A stretch of DNA of 63,796 nt, filler included, from an uncultured bacterium (GCA_964429075.1; 17 parts of 17 records of this genome joined end to end with filler, not necessarily neighbours in it); one strand, 5' to 3'. Positions 30,541-42,490 are shown, counted from the first letter of the whole stretch. Numbers and translations: made by a program. Notes: generated from the sequence alone by a model not told the origin.

Positions 30541-31712
30541 CTAATAATGTTACTTTTAGGCTGAGGGTGGATGGAAGAAAGACACTCGAATTGTATAGGT
30601 CAGACAGACTTACACGTTCTGCTGAGGTTCTTGGTGTTGATACCAGCGGGATTTTAACATGCAGGATAGAGGGCCCTGATTTTTTTGCAGAGATTTTTTG
30701 TTCTGATAGGGATTTTTTTGTAAGGGACAGAAGGAAGATATTCATATTTGTAAACAGAAGGTGGATAAGATCCAGTACACTGCTTCATGCATTGATATCA
30801 GGTATCCCCGGTCTTGAGGGCAGGGATCTGTTCCCTCGCTGTGTCCTTTTTATCGAGACAAAACCAGAAAATTTTGATGTAAATGTACATCCACAAAAGA
30901 CCGAGATTAGATTTAAAAACGAAAAACAGATCTATCGCTACGTACATGACCTTGCTGCTTTAACATTTAGAAGAGATCTCAAGATTGAGTATAAATTAGA
31001 TAACAACAAAATAGGTTATATCAAAGATGATAATATCCTAAAAAATAAAACATCTAACTATACAAGCGAAAAAAGGGGAATTGAGGTAGATAACATCTTT
31101 TCTTGCTCTGAATCCTTAGATGTGGTTACAGAAGATAAGAGATTTAATTTTCTTGGCCACATCTTTGATACGTATCTACTATTTTTATCTGATGAGGGTC
31201 TATTTATTATAGATCAGCATGCTGTTTCTGAAAAGATAACCTACGAGAAATTAAAAAGAGACTTTGAAGACAACAGATTGGGATCTCAGTCTATACTTTT
31301 CCCACTTATGTTGGAGATAGAATACCTGGATGAAGAATTAAGAGCAAGGCTTGAGAAGGAACTCTTAAGGTTTGGATTTGATATACACTTTCTTGATGAG
31401 ACAAGAGTTGTTGTTAACGCAGCACCTGTTCTTGTTGACATAAACGATATAGAACAGGTAATTCATGAATTGTTGGAGATTATCGAAAAAAGTGACAAAA
31501 CTAAAGTCCCACAACTGGTTGATAGTATTTTAAAGAGTCTTGCCTGTCACAATTCTTTAAAAGGCAATGTTTCACTCCTTCAGAGGGAGGCAGAGGAATT
31601 GCTCAGAGGGATGACAAACCTTGATGAGCCCGGTCGTTGTCCTCATGGTAGACCTACCTATGTTATTTTGAAAAGAAAGGATTTTGAGAAGCTCTTTGGT
31701 AGAGATAAATGA
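30541..31712 (+). CDS. mutL: DNA mismatch repair protein MutL (5' truncated)
   Basis: FVNRR, DVNVHPQKTEIRF, DQHAVSEKITYE endonuclease motif, ACH and CPHGRP. Confidence 0.95.
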
Positions 31713-33046
31713 AACATAATGCATTTTTAGATCTATTAAAGAGATCCAAATGGTGTAACAGGATTGATACATTTGATTTTGATCACCTTAAAGAGGATTA
31801 TTGCAATCAAACACCTTGTGAATTGATTGAGAGGTCTTTAATTGAACCGATATCCAGCGATCCTCTTTCTGATTTAGTAGCAGACTCAAAAAGGATATTG
31901 ATCTGCGTCCCGGATTCAACAAGAAGATTTGATAAGGACTCAATATTAAAATTTATCCTTTCAATGGCAGGTAAAAATAAAGAATTAAGATTGATAACAG
32001 CCTCGGGTAATCATTCTAAGGAGACTCTAAAAGAGAGTGGGATAAGTATAGTGTCAGAAGCTGATATTAACTGGGAATTTCATGATTCTAAAGACAAAAG
32101 AATGATGCATCATTTTGGAAGCACTGAAGTAGACATAAGCGATTTTTTTGAAGATTTTTTAAAGATTGACAAAGAGAAAACAGAGCATGATCCTGCAGTT
32201 AATTTTGCAAAAGATGAACCTTTTGCAAAACCTGTAATAAATGATCCAGAAGCGATAGTAAATCTTCAACGTGGGCTAAAGCCGACAGAGGTATGGCTAA
32301 ACAGACTTATTCTTTGGGCAGATTTGATTATAACCATCGGTCTTGTAAAACCTCACTATTTTGCCGGTTTTTCTGGAGGTGCAAAGGCACTTTTACCTGG
32401 AATAGCCTTCAAAGATAGCATATCTCAGAATCATAAAAAGAGGGTGCATCCCAAGTCTGATATTGGGATTGTTGAAAAAAATCCTGCACGAGAGGATTTG
32501 GAACAGGGAGTTACCCTTATAGAAAGACCTATCTTTAGCATCAATGTAGTGGCAGCTCCTGATGGATATATCATAGATGTTTTTTCTGGTGATTTTAGAC
32601 TCGCATTTAGAGAAGCAGCAGGAAGGGTACTTAAAATCTTTGGCAAAGATGTTAGAACTAAATATGACATTGTTGTAGTAATGGCCGGATCACCGGTTGG
32701 GGATTCCCTGTATCAATTTACAAAGGCAATCGCTTCTGCAACAAAATTTGTAAAAAAAGGTGGCGTAATAGCAGGATTTTCACCTGATATGAGATTAAGT
32801 GGGGATATCACAACCATTAACAGTGAGATCTACAGATTTGGAATCAGACCAAAGGCACCAGAGGGGGTGCATTATCTACTTTACGCCCGTAAGGATATAT
32901 TAAGAGGAAATAAGTCTTTTGTTTTGCATTATACGGATATTGAAGAGTTTTTATCTAAGATGCAAGATTTTGTAAGAGGATATGCCGATGTTTTAGTTAT
33001 AAAAGAGGGTGCATTTGTTTGTCCTATTATTTACAGGATTTGTTAA
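31709..33046 (+). CDS. LarA-family (nickel-pincer-dependent racemase/epimerase) protein
   Basis: VPDSTR, ASGNH, FHD, PHYFAGFSGGAKALLPG and LYQFTKA motifs. Confidence 0.8.
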   Translation: MKHNAFLDLLKRSKWCNRIDTFDFDHLKEDYCNQTPCELIERSLIEPISSDPLSDLVADSKRILICVPDSTRRFDKDSILKFILSMAGKNKELRLITASGNHSKETLKESGISIVSEADINWEFHDSKDKRMMHHFGSTEVDISDFFEDFLKIDKEKTEHDPAVNFAKDEPFAKPVINDPEAIVNLQRGLKPTEVWLNRLILWADLIITIGLVKPHYFAGFSGGAKALLPGIAFKDSISQNHKKRVHPKSDIGIVEKNPAREDLEQGVTLIERPIFSINVVAAPDGYIIDVFSGDFRLAFREAAGRVLKIFGKDVRTKYDIVVVMAGSPVGDSLYQFTKAIASATKFVKKGGVIAGFSPDMRLSGDITTINSEIYRFGIRPKAPEGVHYLLYARKDILRGNKSFVLHYTDIEEFLSKMQDFVRGYADVLVIKEGAFVCPIIYRIC

Positions 33047-33053
33047 CATAGAT

Positions 33054-33857
33054 TTAATCTTTTGTCCTTATATTACCTTCTGGCAGGATACCGAAATGAA
33101 GGAGAACCTCAATCACACCACCTGCCACAGCAAGCCCTTTATCAGAGACCCTATATAAATATGCCTTTTCATTTCTTGGGTCAATATCTACCAATTTTGT
33201 GCCTTTTTTTACAGGGGTATTGTTTCGTATGAGTCCTCTGATAAGTCCATCAATCGGAGAAAAGATCTTATGATATGATACCTCTCCTAAGGGGCTGTCT
33301 TTGCTGACCCATTCGCCCAGCTCTTTTTTTGTTGTAAAAATTCCATCTTCTGGCGACCATACCACACGCTCTATCTTTCCAAGAACAGGTGCAGGTGTGC
33401 CAGTATCTGGTGCAGTAGATCCGCTGTATATAGATCTTCCAAGATAATAACCCCTTTTGGTCTCAACGCAGGCGTTACAATTTTCTGGTGCTACAAATCC
33501 AGGACCAATCCCTACAACCACTATATTTTTTTTCATAATATCTGAATAGTTAACATGTCGTTTTAGCATCCTTGCATCTACAAGTGAGGCAAATTCTATA
33601 TCTGGGATATCCTCAGTTACAAAAAGAGGGATCATATTTTTGTGATCCTTTAAAAGTTCGTATCTTACTGCCGTTACACCCTCTACCTCCTTTTGGCCAT
33701 CATACACTGCATCTGAAAATGAGATACTTCGTCTTATACAGAGAGGATTTTCTATTTCTGTGAGGGCAATTCTATATCCTGCTCTATACAATCTAATAGC
33801 AATCGCACTTGCAAGCTCTCCTGCTCCCCTTATAAGAACGTCAAAACATTCTGACAT
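33054..33857 (-). CDS. yqeB: Selenium-dependent molybdenum hydroxylase system protein YqeB
   Basis: IRGAGELASAIA.RL, RRSISFS, VDARMLK, GIGPGF, ETKRG, DIDPR and SDKGLAVAGGV motifs. Confidence 0.88.
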   Translation of the reverse strand: MSECFDVLIRGAGELASAIAIRLYRAGYRIALTEIENPLCIRRSISFSDAVYDGQKEVEGVTAVRYELLKDHKNMIPLFVTEDIPDIEFASLVDARMLKRHVNYSDIMKKNIVVVGIGPGFVAPENCNACVETKRGYYLGRSIYSGSTAPDTGTPAPVLGKIERVVWSPEDGIFTTKKELGEWVSKDSPLGEVSYHKIFSPIDGLIRGLIRNNTPVKKGTKLVDIDPRNEKAYLYRVSDKGLAVAGGVIEVLLHFGILPEGNIRTKD

Positions 33858-33862
33858 GAGTA

Positions 33863-34201
33863 CTATGGCTTATAGAAACCTCCCTGTATTGAATAGGAAT
33901 ATGATGATACATTCCTTGTATCGAGCCAGATGAATGTCCTGTATGAATCTTTTGGTCTGACCTGTGGTATATTTATCTCTTCAGTAAAGATGATATTGGA
34001 TCTGTTATCGAGAAACTTAATCAACAAGACTCCTTTAAAATATGTGTCTAAGGGATTAAAGACCCTTATATCGATCTTTTGCTGTATATCTTTGAACTCA
34101 TTCTTGGGTAGTATGGATACCTCTAAATTTGAGAATTTCCCTGGTTTGTTGGCTGTCTGTAATGTTATTGGGTGATAGGAGTTTGGCCTGTGTGTATAAT
34201 C
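33863..34201 (-). CDS. C-terminal fragment of a hypothetical protein (beta-rich, Ig-like)
   Basis: Open frame of 112 codons from the contig edge to TAG at 33863, 5 nt before the yqeB start. Missed by the ORF track because it has no early start codon. Confidence 0.6.
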   Translation of the reverse strand, partial: DYTHRPNSYHPITLQTANKPGKFSNLEVSILPKNEFKDIQQKIDIRVFNPLDTYFKGVLLIKFLDNRSNIIFTEEINIPQVRPKDSYRTFIWLDTRNVSSYSYSIQGGFYKP

Positions 34202-34301
34202 NNNNNNNNNNNNNNNNNNNNNNNNNNNNNNNNNNNNNNNNNNNNTTAATTAATTAANNNNNNNNNNNNNNNNNNNNNNNNNNNNNNNNNNNNNNNNNNN
34301 N

Positions 34302-35263
34302 TCCCTGTTTGAAAATTTAAGTCTTTTCATTATGTTTGTTGTCATTTTTGCACCCAGTTCACAATGTCCATAAAATGTGATCTTACCATCCTCACGTACC
34401 CTCATTGTGACCGGTTTTGCCACATCATGCAAAAGACAGCCAAAAACGAATGCAGTATCTTTTAGGAAACTATCTTCTACCAATGATAGAATCTTTTTTG
34501 TATGTTCAAATACATCTCCTTCAGGATGATAATTTTTAGGTTGCAGAGTCCCTGACATCCTTGAGACCTCAGGCAGTATTTCATCAAGCAATGATAGTTG
34601 TTTGAGGAGTTCAAGTGCTCGTGGAGCCCCTCTGTCACAGAGCATTCTGATAAGTTCATCCCGTATCCTTTCCATACTGACATAGTCTACCACACCCATT
34701 TTACCTCTATTCAGGATTGCCTGTTTTGTCCTTTCCTCAATGTCAAAACCGAGAGTTGATGCAAATCTTACAGCCCTTAAAATCCTAAGTCTATCTTCAT
34801 CTAGCCTTTCCTTTGGGTCTCCTATACAACGTATTATACGATTTTTGATATCCTGTTTGCCACCGAAGTAGTCAATGATCTCTCCAGTTAAAGGATGTTG
34901 TATGAGTGCGTTTATTGTAAAGTCTCTTCTTTTCAGATCTTCCTTAAGGTCAGCAAATCTTACGTTATCTGGTCTTCTTCTGTCAGAATAGCCTGATTCA
35001 GATCTATAGGTGACCACATCAATGAGATACCCTTCAAATAGAACCTTTACCACTCCAAATTTTTCACCCACAAGGACTGCCTTTTTGAAGAGTCTTTTGA
35101 TCTGATATGGTCTTGCATTTGTTACAACATCATAATCTTTTGGTTTTCTTTGCATCAGCTCATCTCTAACCGACCCACCAACAAAATATGCCTCAAAGCC
35201 TTTATTGATAAGTTTTTTTGCAATCTTTTGGGCAGCTTTTTTTTCAGGGTTTATCTCTTTCAT
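34302..35263 (-). CDS. cca: CCA tRNA nucleotidyltransferase with HD domain (3' truncated)
   Basis: VGGSVRD, DYD, RRDFTINA, EDRLRILR, ERIRDEL, HPEGDV and LLHDVAK motifs. Confidence 0.88.
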
Positions 35264-35907
35264 TTTTCCCTTATCTTTCCTGTCATTGGTACAAAAAGTA
35301 CTGGCAAAAGATCCTCTTTCTTATAAGAATTTTCATCTATTTTCTCATATAAAACAAGATTCTGAAATTGATCACCTATTGGGATAATCATCTTACCACC
35401 TTTCTTTAATTGTTGTAAGAGTGGTTCTGGGACCCTTTTTGCAGCAGCGGTTACTACTATCGCATCAAAAGGGGATTTACTTTGCCATCCCTGATAACCA
35501 TCTGCACATTTTAAATGTATGTTTGTGTAATTTAGATTCGTTAGCCTTGTTTTGGCTGCATTAAATATATCTTCTATTATTTCAATAGTATAGACCTCTT
35601 TAACAATTTCTGCAAGTACTGCTGCCTGGTATCCTGAGCCTGTACCTATTTCAAGAACCCTAAAATTTTTTTTGGGATCAATCTTTTCTGTCATAAATGC
35701 AACAATGTAGGGTTGAGATATTGTCTGTCCCATACCGATAGGAAGTGGTTTGTCGTCATACGCACAGTTTTGAAATTTCAAAGGGACAAAGAGGTGTCTT
35801 TTTACCTTTTTCATGGCAGAAAGTACAAGTTGATTTTTTATGCCGCGTCTTTTGATCTGTTGTTCCACCATGTTGTATCGAAGTTTCTTGTATATATCTT
35901 CGTTCAT
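35260..35907 (-). CDS. pcm: Protein-L-isoaspartate O-methyltransferase
   Basis: QTISQPY, LEIGTGSGYQAA, PFDAIVVTAA and FVPM motifs. Confidence 0.95.
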   Translation of the reverse strand: MNEDIYKKLRYNMVEQQIKRRGIKNQLVLSAMKKVKRHLFVPLKFQNCAYDDKPLPIGMGQTISQPYIVAFMTEKIDPKKNFRVLEIGTGSGYQAAVLAEIVKEVYTIEIIEDIFNAAKTRLTNLNYTNIHLKCADGYQGWQSKSPFDAIVVTAAAKRVPEPLLQQLKKGGKMIIPIGDQFQNLVLYEKIDENSYKKEDLLPVLFVPMTGKIREK

Positions 35908-36024
35908 AACCTTCCCATTTTGTTATCAAAAAGCCATTCTGAATTAATAATGGTTATTTTAAAATAGATATGTATAGATTGTCCAGTATTATTTATCATG
36001 GGAAAAAGAAAAAAAAATTTGCAA

Positions 36025-37266
36025 TCAAAAGATAGCAACAAATAGTTTGTACAAAAAGATGGTCAAAAATCCAGTAAATGGCAGGGTAATCAACCATGAA
36101 AAGATGATCTCTCTTATTATTTTAAAGTTTAGTGCACTCATTCCTCTTGCAAACCCAACGCCGATGACACATCCTACAAGTACATGGGTTGTGGATAGTG
36201 GGATCCCCATCCTTGATCCGACGAGTATGGTTATTGCTGCCCCAAATTCTGCTGAGAAGCCTCTCGTTGGTGTCAGTTCAGTTATGTAATGACCTACTGT
36301 TTTTATAACTCTGTAGCCAAATGTTGCAAGGCCGATTACGATGCCAATGCCTCCAACAACAAGGACCCACATTGGAATAGGCACCTTCTGAAGTACGGTC
36401 CCTGTATTAAATATACTGATGACAGCAGACATGGGACCAACTGCATTTGCCACATCATTTGCACCATGTGCAAATGCCACAGTTGATGCAGTAACTATCT
36501 GTAGAAATCCAAACACTTTTTCTATAATTCTAAACTTTCTTGTGTCTTGATCTTCAGAATCAGAAATTAATCTTTTTATTAAAAAGTGTGCAACAATAGA
36601 TATGGCTATTGCAACTATAAATGATAATAGCATAGCACCTGTAAAGGAGTAATTTAGATGTAGATTTTTTAGGCCTTTAAAAAGGGTAACAAGGCTAATG
36701 ACAAAGAAGAGTCCAAAGATATATATCCATGCAATCTTTTTCATTTGAGTTAATGGTTTGTTTGTGTTTAAAATAAATCTTGAAATAGATTTGAATATAA
36801 AATAAGACATTATACCTCCCATTACAGGAGATGTAAGCCATGATAGTACTATCTGAGTAATCTTGCCCCAATTAAGGATACTAAATCCGCCTGCATTGAT
36901 GCCAAAACCTATTACAGCACCTACAATCGAGTGGGTTGTTGAGACAGGCCAGCCAAGATAACTTGCAATATTCAACCAAATAGCAGCGGCCAGAAGGGCA
37001 GCACACATACCGTACATAAGAAGATCTGGATTGTTTGCAAAAAAGGAGATATCAACAATAGATTTTCTTATGGTGTTACTTACATGACTACCAACCAGAA
37101 CTGATCCTGAAAATTCGAAGATTGCTGCAACAACCACAGCCTGTTTAAACGTCAACGCCTTAGAACCAACTGAAGTGCCCATAGCGTTGGCTACATCGTT
37201 GGCACCTATTGCCCACGCATTGTACAGTCCTGCTAATATGGTTAAAAAGAGAATGAATAATGTCAT
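36025..37266 (-). CDS. pit: PiT family inorganic phosphate transporter
   Basis: Two GANDVAN signatures plus PVSTTH and PLSTTH. Confidence 0.95.
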   Translation of the reverse strand: MTLFILFLTILAGLYNAWAIGANDVANAMGTSVGSKALTFKQAVVVAAIFEFSGSVLVGSHVSNTIRKSIVDISFFANNPDLLMYGMCAALLAAAIWLNIASYLGWPVSTTHSIVGAVIGFGINAGGFSILNWGKITQIVLSWLTSPVMGGIMSYFIFKSISRFILNTNKPLTQMKKIAWIYIFGLFFVISLVTLFKGLKNLHLNYSFTGAMLLSFIVAIAISIVAHFLIKRLISDSEDQDTRKFRIIEKVFGFLQIVTASTVAFAHGANDVANAVGPMSAVISIFNTGTVLQKVPIPMWVLVVGGIGIVIGLATFGYRVIKTVGHYITELTPTRGFSAEFGAAITILVGSRMGIPLSTTHVLVGCVIGVGFARGMSALNFKIIREIIFSWLITLPFTGFLTIFLYKLFVAIF

Positions 37267-37269
37267 TTT

Positions 37270-37938
37270 TCAGGAAAGCCAGAGTCTAAAACGATTTACC
37301 ATTTTTTCTGACAGATTTGCTAAGTCTCCTATTTTTTGAAGGATCTTTAGCCACATTAAGATTGCAACAGCACCCAATTCATCTTCGTGATTAAATATAT
37401 TTTTTAGGATACGATCCTGAATCAGATCTGCCTTATGTTCTTCTTCGCTGACTTGCATAGTAAGATTTATTATATGTTTTGCCATTTCACCACCAAAGGA
37501 GAGCTCTACAACTCCATCCAGCTCATCAAATATAGAGGCAGCCTTTTTGTACGTATTTATAGATACATCAACAAATTCATCAAGATCTTTTTTAAGATAT
37601 TCTGGTATATCCATTTTTCGCATTGTAAGGAGCACTCCTATATCTTCGGCACAATCTGCGATTGAATCAAGAGACACAAGTACATTTAAAAAGTCTGATC
37701 TGTTAACAGGCAAAAAGATAGATGCAGGTAAATTGTCTCTTATCTCATTTTTAATTAAATCTACATTATGCTCGAGTTCGGATATCTCTTTTGCGATACT
37801 TTCAACCTGTTGCCAATCCTTTTTTTCAACAGCATCTATTATGATAGGGACTTTTTCTACACAGTTTGTAATCTCTGAGACCATGGCTTTAAGTGGTCCA
37901 AATGGGGACTTCTTAAAAAGAGAGAGTATAGATCTCAT
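37270..37938 (-). CDS. DUF47/TIGR00153 phosphate transport regulator
   Basis: KSPF, EHNVD, FLPVNRSD, DSIAD and EHKAD motifs; directly upstream of pit. Confidence 0.9.
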   Translation of the reverse strand: MRSILSLFKKSPFGPLKAMVSEITNCVEKVPIIIDAVEKKDWQQVESIAKEISELEHNVDLIKNEIRDNLPASIFLPVNRSDFLNVLVSLDSIADCAEDIGVLLTMRKMDIPEYLKKDLDEFVDVSINTYKKAASIFDELDGVVELSFGGEMAKHIINLTMQVSEEEHKADLIQDRILKNIFNHEDELGAVAILMWLKILQKIGDLANLSEKMVNRFRLWLS

Positions 37939-38054
37939 AGGTTTCTCCTTTTTGNNNNNNNNNNNNNNNNNNNNNNNNNNNNNNNNNNNNNNNNNNNNTT
38001 AATTAATTAANNNNNNNNNNNNNNNNNNNNNNNNNNNNNNNNNNNNNNNNNNNN

Positions 38055-38904
38055 CTTCAATATCTTTCCTGGCCATCATACCTATCTTCTTGATCATCTG
38101 CCCACCTTTACCAACCATAATCTTTTTTTGTGACCTCTTTTCAACATAGATAATGGCCCTTATATATAAAGGATCAGTTTCCTCCCTGAATTCCTCTATT
38201 GCAACAGCGCTTTTGTATGGGACCTCTTTCTTTGTGGCAATCTTGATCTTTTCCCTGATTATCTCTGAAACAAAAAAACGTTCATTTCTATCACTTAAGA
38301 ATTCTGGATCGTACAAAAATGGACCATCTGGAAGACTTTCCCCTATATGTTGCATCAGCTCATCTATACCCTCACCAGTAAGGGCAGATATAAAAAAGGT
38401 CTCCTCAAAGTCAAACAGAGCATTGTATCTTGCAGACATGAGGATAAGTAACTCCTTTTTTTTAAATACGTCAACCTTATTGATACACAAAAAAGCGGTT
38501 TTTTTATACTCCTTTATCTTGTTTACAATCTTTTTGTTGCGATCTTCAACAATATACTCCCCATCTTCTATAAAATCTCTGTTAAAATCCACCCCTGGCG
38601 GTTCAACAAGAAATAGAATCAGGTCTGAATCGTTTATAACATAATCGACCCTTTCATTCATATATACGTCGAGCGCATTTTCAGGGTCAAAGACACCTGG
38701 AGTATCGATAAAAACATATTGCTTATTATCTTCAGTAAGAATCGCCTTAATATCACATCTCGTTGTCTGTGGTTTTCTTGTAACTATAGAGAGATTGTGC
38801 TTCACCAGTCGATTAATAAGTGTAGATTTGCCTGCGTTTGGCAGACCAACTATCCCTATAAGGCCACATTTTGTGTTCTCATTATCCAATTTGTCTCCTA
38901 TCAA
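38055..38904 (-). CDS. era: GTPase Era (3' truncated)
   Basis: GLPNAGKST, KPQTTR, DTPG, NKVD, EIIREK, EVPY and KH-domain GKGG motifs. Confidence 0.95.
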
Positions 38905-39716
38905 TCTATTATAACTGATACATACCCCACAACACTGTTAAAATCTCCACTCTTTTCCCCGCTTGTTCCATAGGCACACATCCAGGCATCTTTTGCACCA
39001 GTTGCCCGTGCGTAGTACAGCGCTACAGTTGTTGGTATTACACCACACATTGAGATACTATTTTTTGTAACTACATTGTACAGTCCTTCTGGATCGATAT
39101 TGAGTATCTTCTCTATAGCAAGCCTATCTTTTTTTTGTGCAATTTCATGATTTTCGTAATGAGACATATCTGTACTTGCAACAACAAGTACACGCTCTTT
39201 ATATTCTGTTATCACCTCCTTTAATCCCTCACCCAGTATTCTACACTCATCAAGACCAAGATGCCAGAGAGTTATTGGTACAAGCCTGACAGAGGGATTC
39301 AGATACTGAAGAAATGGTAAATGTACCTCTATGGCATGCTCCTTTATATGTGCAGCAGCATCATCCATCAATAGATCGATCCTTTTTAAGAGTAGCTCTG
39401 AAAGCGTCTCATCAATCTTAACAGTACCAAGAGGAGTCATCCACTCTCCGCTTGACATTATTGACGCACGGGTACCGAGGCCAGTGTGATTCGGAGACAT
39501 AACAACAACAGTATCGGGTATGGATATCTGTCTGTAGGCCTGACCTGCAATACCACCGGAATAGATATAACCTGCATGTGGCGCGATGACCACCTTTGCC
39601 TCAACTGAACCATCTGCCCCTTTCAAAAATTCCTGTAGTTGTCTACGAAGGGCATCTTTATCCCTTGGATAAAACAATCCATCTACAGAAGCCTCCCTTC
39701 TCATAATCATCTCCAA
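38901..39716 (-). CDS. amrB: AmmeMemoRadiSam system protein B (MEMO1 family)
   Basis: GLFYP, PHAGYIYSG, PNHTG, EHAIEVHLPFL, STDMSHY, SMCG and VVGY motifs. Confidence 0.9.
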   Translation of the reverse strand: MEMIMRREASVDGLFYPRDKDALRRQLQEFLKGADGSVEAKVVIAPHAGYIYSGGIAGQAYRQISIPDTVVVMSPNHTGLGTRASIMSSGEWMTPLGTVKIDETLSELLLKRIDLLMDDAAAHIKEHAIEVHLPFLQYLNPSVRLVPITLWHLGLDECRILGEGLKEVITEYKERVLVVASTDMSHYENHEIAQKKDRLAIEKILNIDPEGLYNVVTKNSISMCGVIPTTVALYYARATGAKDAWMCAYGTSGEKSGDFNSVVGYVSVIID

Positions 39717-39727
39717 AATTAATTATT

Positions 39728-41697
39728 CTAAGATGCTAATTTTTGATCCTTTCGCAGGCAACATTTTTTATATTTTTTGCCACTCCCACACGGACATGGA
39801 TCGTTTCGCCCCACCTTTTTCTCTTTTCGCACAGTGGTTGGAGCCGCCTGACCAGTAGAGCCACCATGCAGATACTGTAATTTTGCTGGCTTAAACTCAA
39901 GTTTAGGCTCCTCTTCTTCCTCTTTTTCTTCACGTATCTGAACAAGACATAGCTTTCTCAGAACATCCTGTTTCATAGCATGTAGCATATCAATAAAAAG
40001 ATTGTAGCCCTCTTTTTTATACTCCTGCTTAGGATCGATGTTGGCATATCCCCTTAGGCCAATACCCTCGCGTAATTTTTCCATAGCAACAAGATGTTCT
40101 CTCCAGTATCTGTCTATCGATTGTAAATAGAATATCTTTTGAAGCCTGTTGTAATAGTCTTCTCCTATTTGTTGCTTCTTTCTGTTCAAAAAATCCTTAA
40201 AGTGGGATGCTACCTGCTGTACAATATTTTCAAAGTTTGGTGTTTGGGTATCAATTTTTATCTGAATACCATATAATTTGTAGATTTCATTTTCTATTCC
40301 TGCTATATCCCATTCGTCTACAGGAACACCTTCAGGGCAGAATCTATCAACAAGGATTTCAGCAATGTCTCGTATATCTTCTTCTATCTGTGAAGATATG
40401 TCATCTTCAGCAAGGACATTTCGTCTAAGGGTGTAAATGGTCTGACGCTGTATATTCATAACATCATCATATTCTAAAAGATGCTTTCTGATTTCAAAAT
40501 TCTGAGACTCTACCCTGCGCTGGGCTGTTTCTATAGATTTTGTAACCCACTTGTGCTGGATAGGCTGTCCATACTCCATCCCCAGTCTCTGCATCAGATT
40601 GGATAACCTGTCAGAACCAAATATCCTCATCAGGTCATCTTCGAGGGATATAAAAAATTGAGAAACGCCCGGATCACCCTGTCTACCACTTCTTCCTCTC
40701 AACTGGTTATCTATCCGTCTGCTTTCATGTCTTTCTGTACCTATGATGTGGAGTCCACCAAGCCTTATTACCTCCTGTTTTTCTTTTTCACACTGCTCTT
40801 TCATTCTCTCAAGTTCTTTCTGGTACTCTTCTGGTTGTTCTATGGGATCATACTTCAATTTGGCAAGACCCTCTGGATTGCCACCAAGCATTATATCTGT
40901 ACCTCTACCTGCCATATTTGTTGATATTGTAACAGCACCTTTTCTCCCTGCCTGAGCTATTATTTCAGCCTCCCTTTCGTGGTGTTTTGCATTGAGAACA
41001 TTGTGTGGAATACCTGCCTTTGTTAACATCCTGCTCAATTTTTCTGATTTCTCGATAGATATAGTACCTATAAGTATTGGCGCCCCCTTTTTGTGCAGTC
41101 TTTTGACCTCCTCCAATATCGCCTCAAACTTCTCCTTTTCAGTACGATATACAAGATCGTCTCTATCCTCCCTTATCATCGGTTTGTGGGTTGGAATAAC
41201 AATCACCTCAAGATTATAGATCTTGGCAAACTCCTCTGCCTCTGTTGCAGCAGTACCGGTCATACCTGCGAGTTTTTTATACATCCTGAAGAAGTTCTGG
41301 TAGGTGATAGTTGCAAGTGTTTGATTCTCCTCCTCTATCTCCACCCTCTCTTTTGCCTCTATTGCCTGATGAAGTCCGTCAGACCAGCGTCTGCCTGGCA
41401 TCATCCTTCCAGTGAACTCATCTACTATAATGACCTTACCATCCTTTACAACATAATCCCTATCCCTTTTATAAAGATAGTGTGCCCTTAGGGCCTGATC
41501 AATATGGTGAACAAGTATAACATTCTTTGGATCATAGAGATTATCAATCTTCAGAATACCTTCAATCTTAGCAATTCCTTCTTCTGTGAGTGTAACACTC
41601 TTGTCCTTTTCATCTATATTAAAATCGATCTCCTTTTTTAGCAAAGGAATAATAGAATCTATCTGCTTATAAAGCGCTGTAGACTCCTCTGCAGCGC
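39728..41697 (-). CDS. secA: Preprotein translocase SecA (5' truncated)
   Basis: [43 protein letters not shown] and [21 protein letters not shown]. Confidence 0.98.
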
Positions 41698-41978
41698 NNN
41701 NNNNNNNNNNNNNNNNNNNNNNNNNNNNNNNNNNNNNNNNNTTAATTAATTAANNNNNNNNNNNNNNNNNNNNNNNNNNNNNNNNNNNNNNNNNNNNGCT
41801 TAAATTCGATACTTTCAGTGATAAGAGTCATGCATTAACGATACATATGTTTTACAGCCTTATACTAAACTGAATTCTTTCGCAATTATTGTAATGTTCT
41901 CAATTTATTTTGACAACCGTTCTGATAAATTACTATTTTTATCTGTTTTTCAATTTTTATTAGGTTTTGGATGTTATA

Positions 41979-42488
41979 CTACTCAATAACTACAAGGAGT
42001 TGATCCTTTTCGACCCTTACTCCAGGCTCTACAAGAATCTCTTTTACAGTACCACCTTTGAGGCTTCTGATCTCATTTTCCATCTTCATAGCCTCGATTA
42101 TTGCAACGGCCTGACCTGTCTCAACCTTGCTCCCTGGCTCTACGTTAATGCTCAAAAGATTCCCTGGCATAGGTGCACGGATTTCCTCTCTACCACCTTC
42201 TGTTATACCCCCTCTGATATCTTTGAGAAGATTGTATCTTATAAAGTCTTCAACCAACAAAGTAATCTCATTCTGTCTGACTACAACCTTTGTTTTTCCA
42301 TCTTTTTTGTGGATGTCACAGTCGTAAGAATGGTCTTTCATTAGCAAAGAGATGTTATTTCTATTGATAAAATGTGCATCAACTTCCCAGCAGCCAATAT
42401 CCTCGATCTCCACAGAAAAGCGATGCTGATCCACCTTTTCTATGGTTACAACAAGCTCTTTTTTGCCATCTAAAACTATATATTTAAT
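41979..42488 (-). CDS. Biotin carboxyl carrier protein (apparent ATT start)
   Basis: APMPG and EAMKMENE biotinylation motif. The frame is open upstream of the GTG to ATT at 42488, 5 nt after AGGAGG. Confidence 0.88.
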   Translation of the reverse strand: MKYIVLDGKKELVVTIEKVDQHRFSVEIEDIGCWEVDAHFINRNNISLLMKDHSYDCDIHKKDGKTKVVVRQNEITLLVEDFIRYNLLKDIRGGITEGGREEIRAPMPGNLLSINVEPGSKVETGQAVAIIEAMKMENEIRSLKGGTVKEILVEPGVRVEKDQLLVVIE

Positions 42489-42490
42489 GG

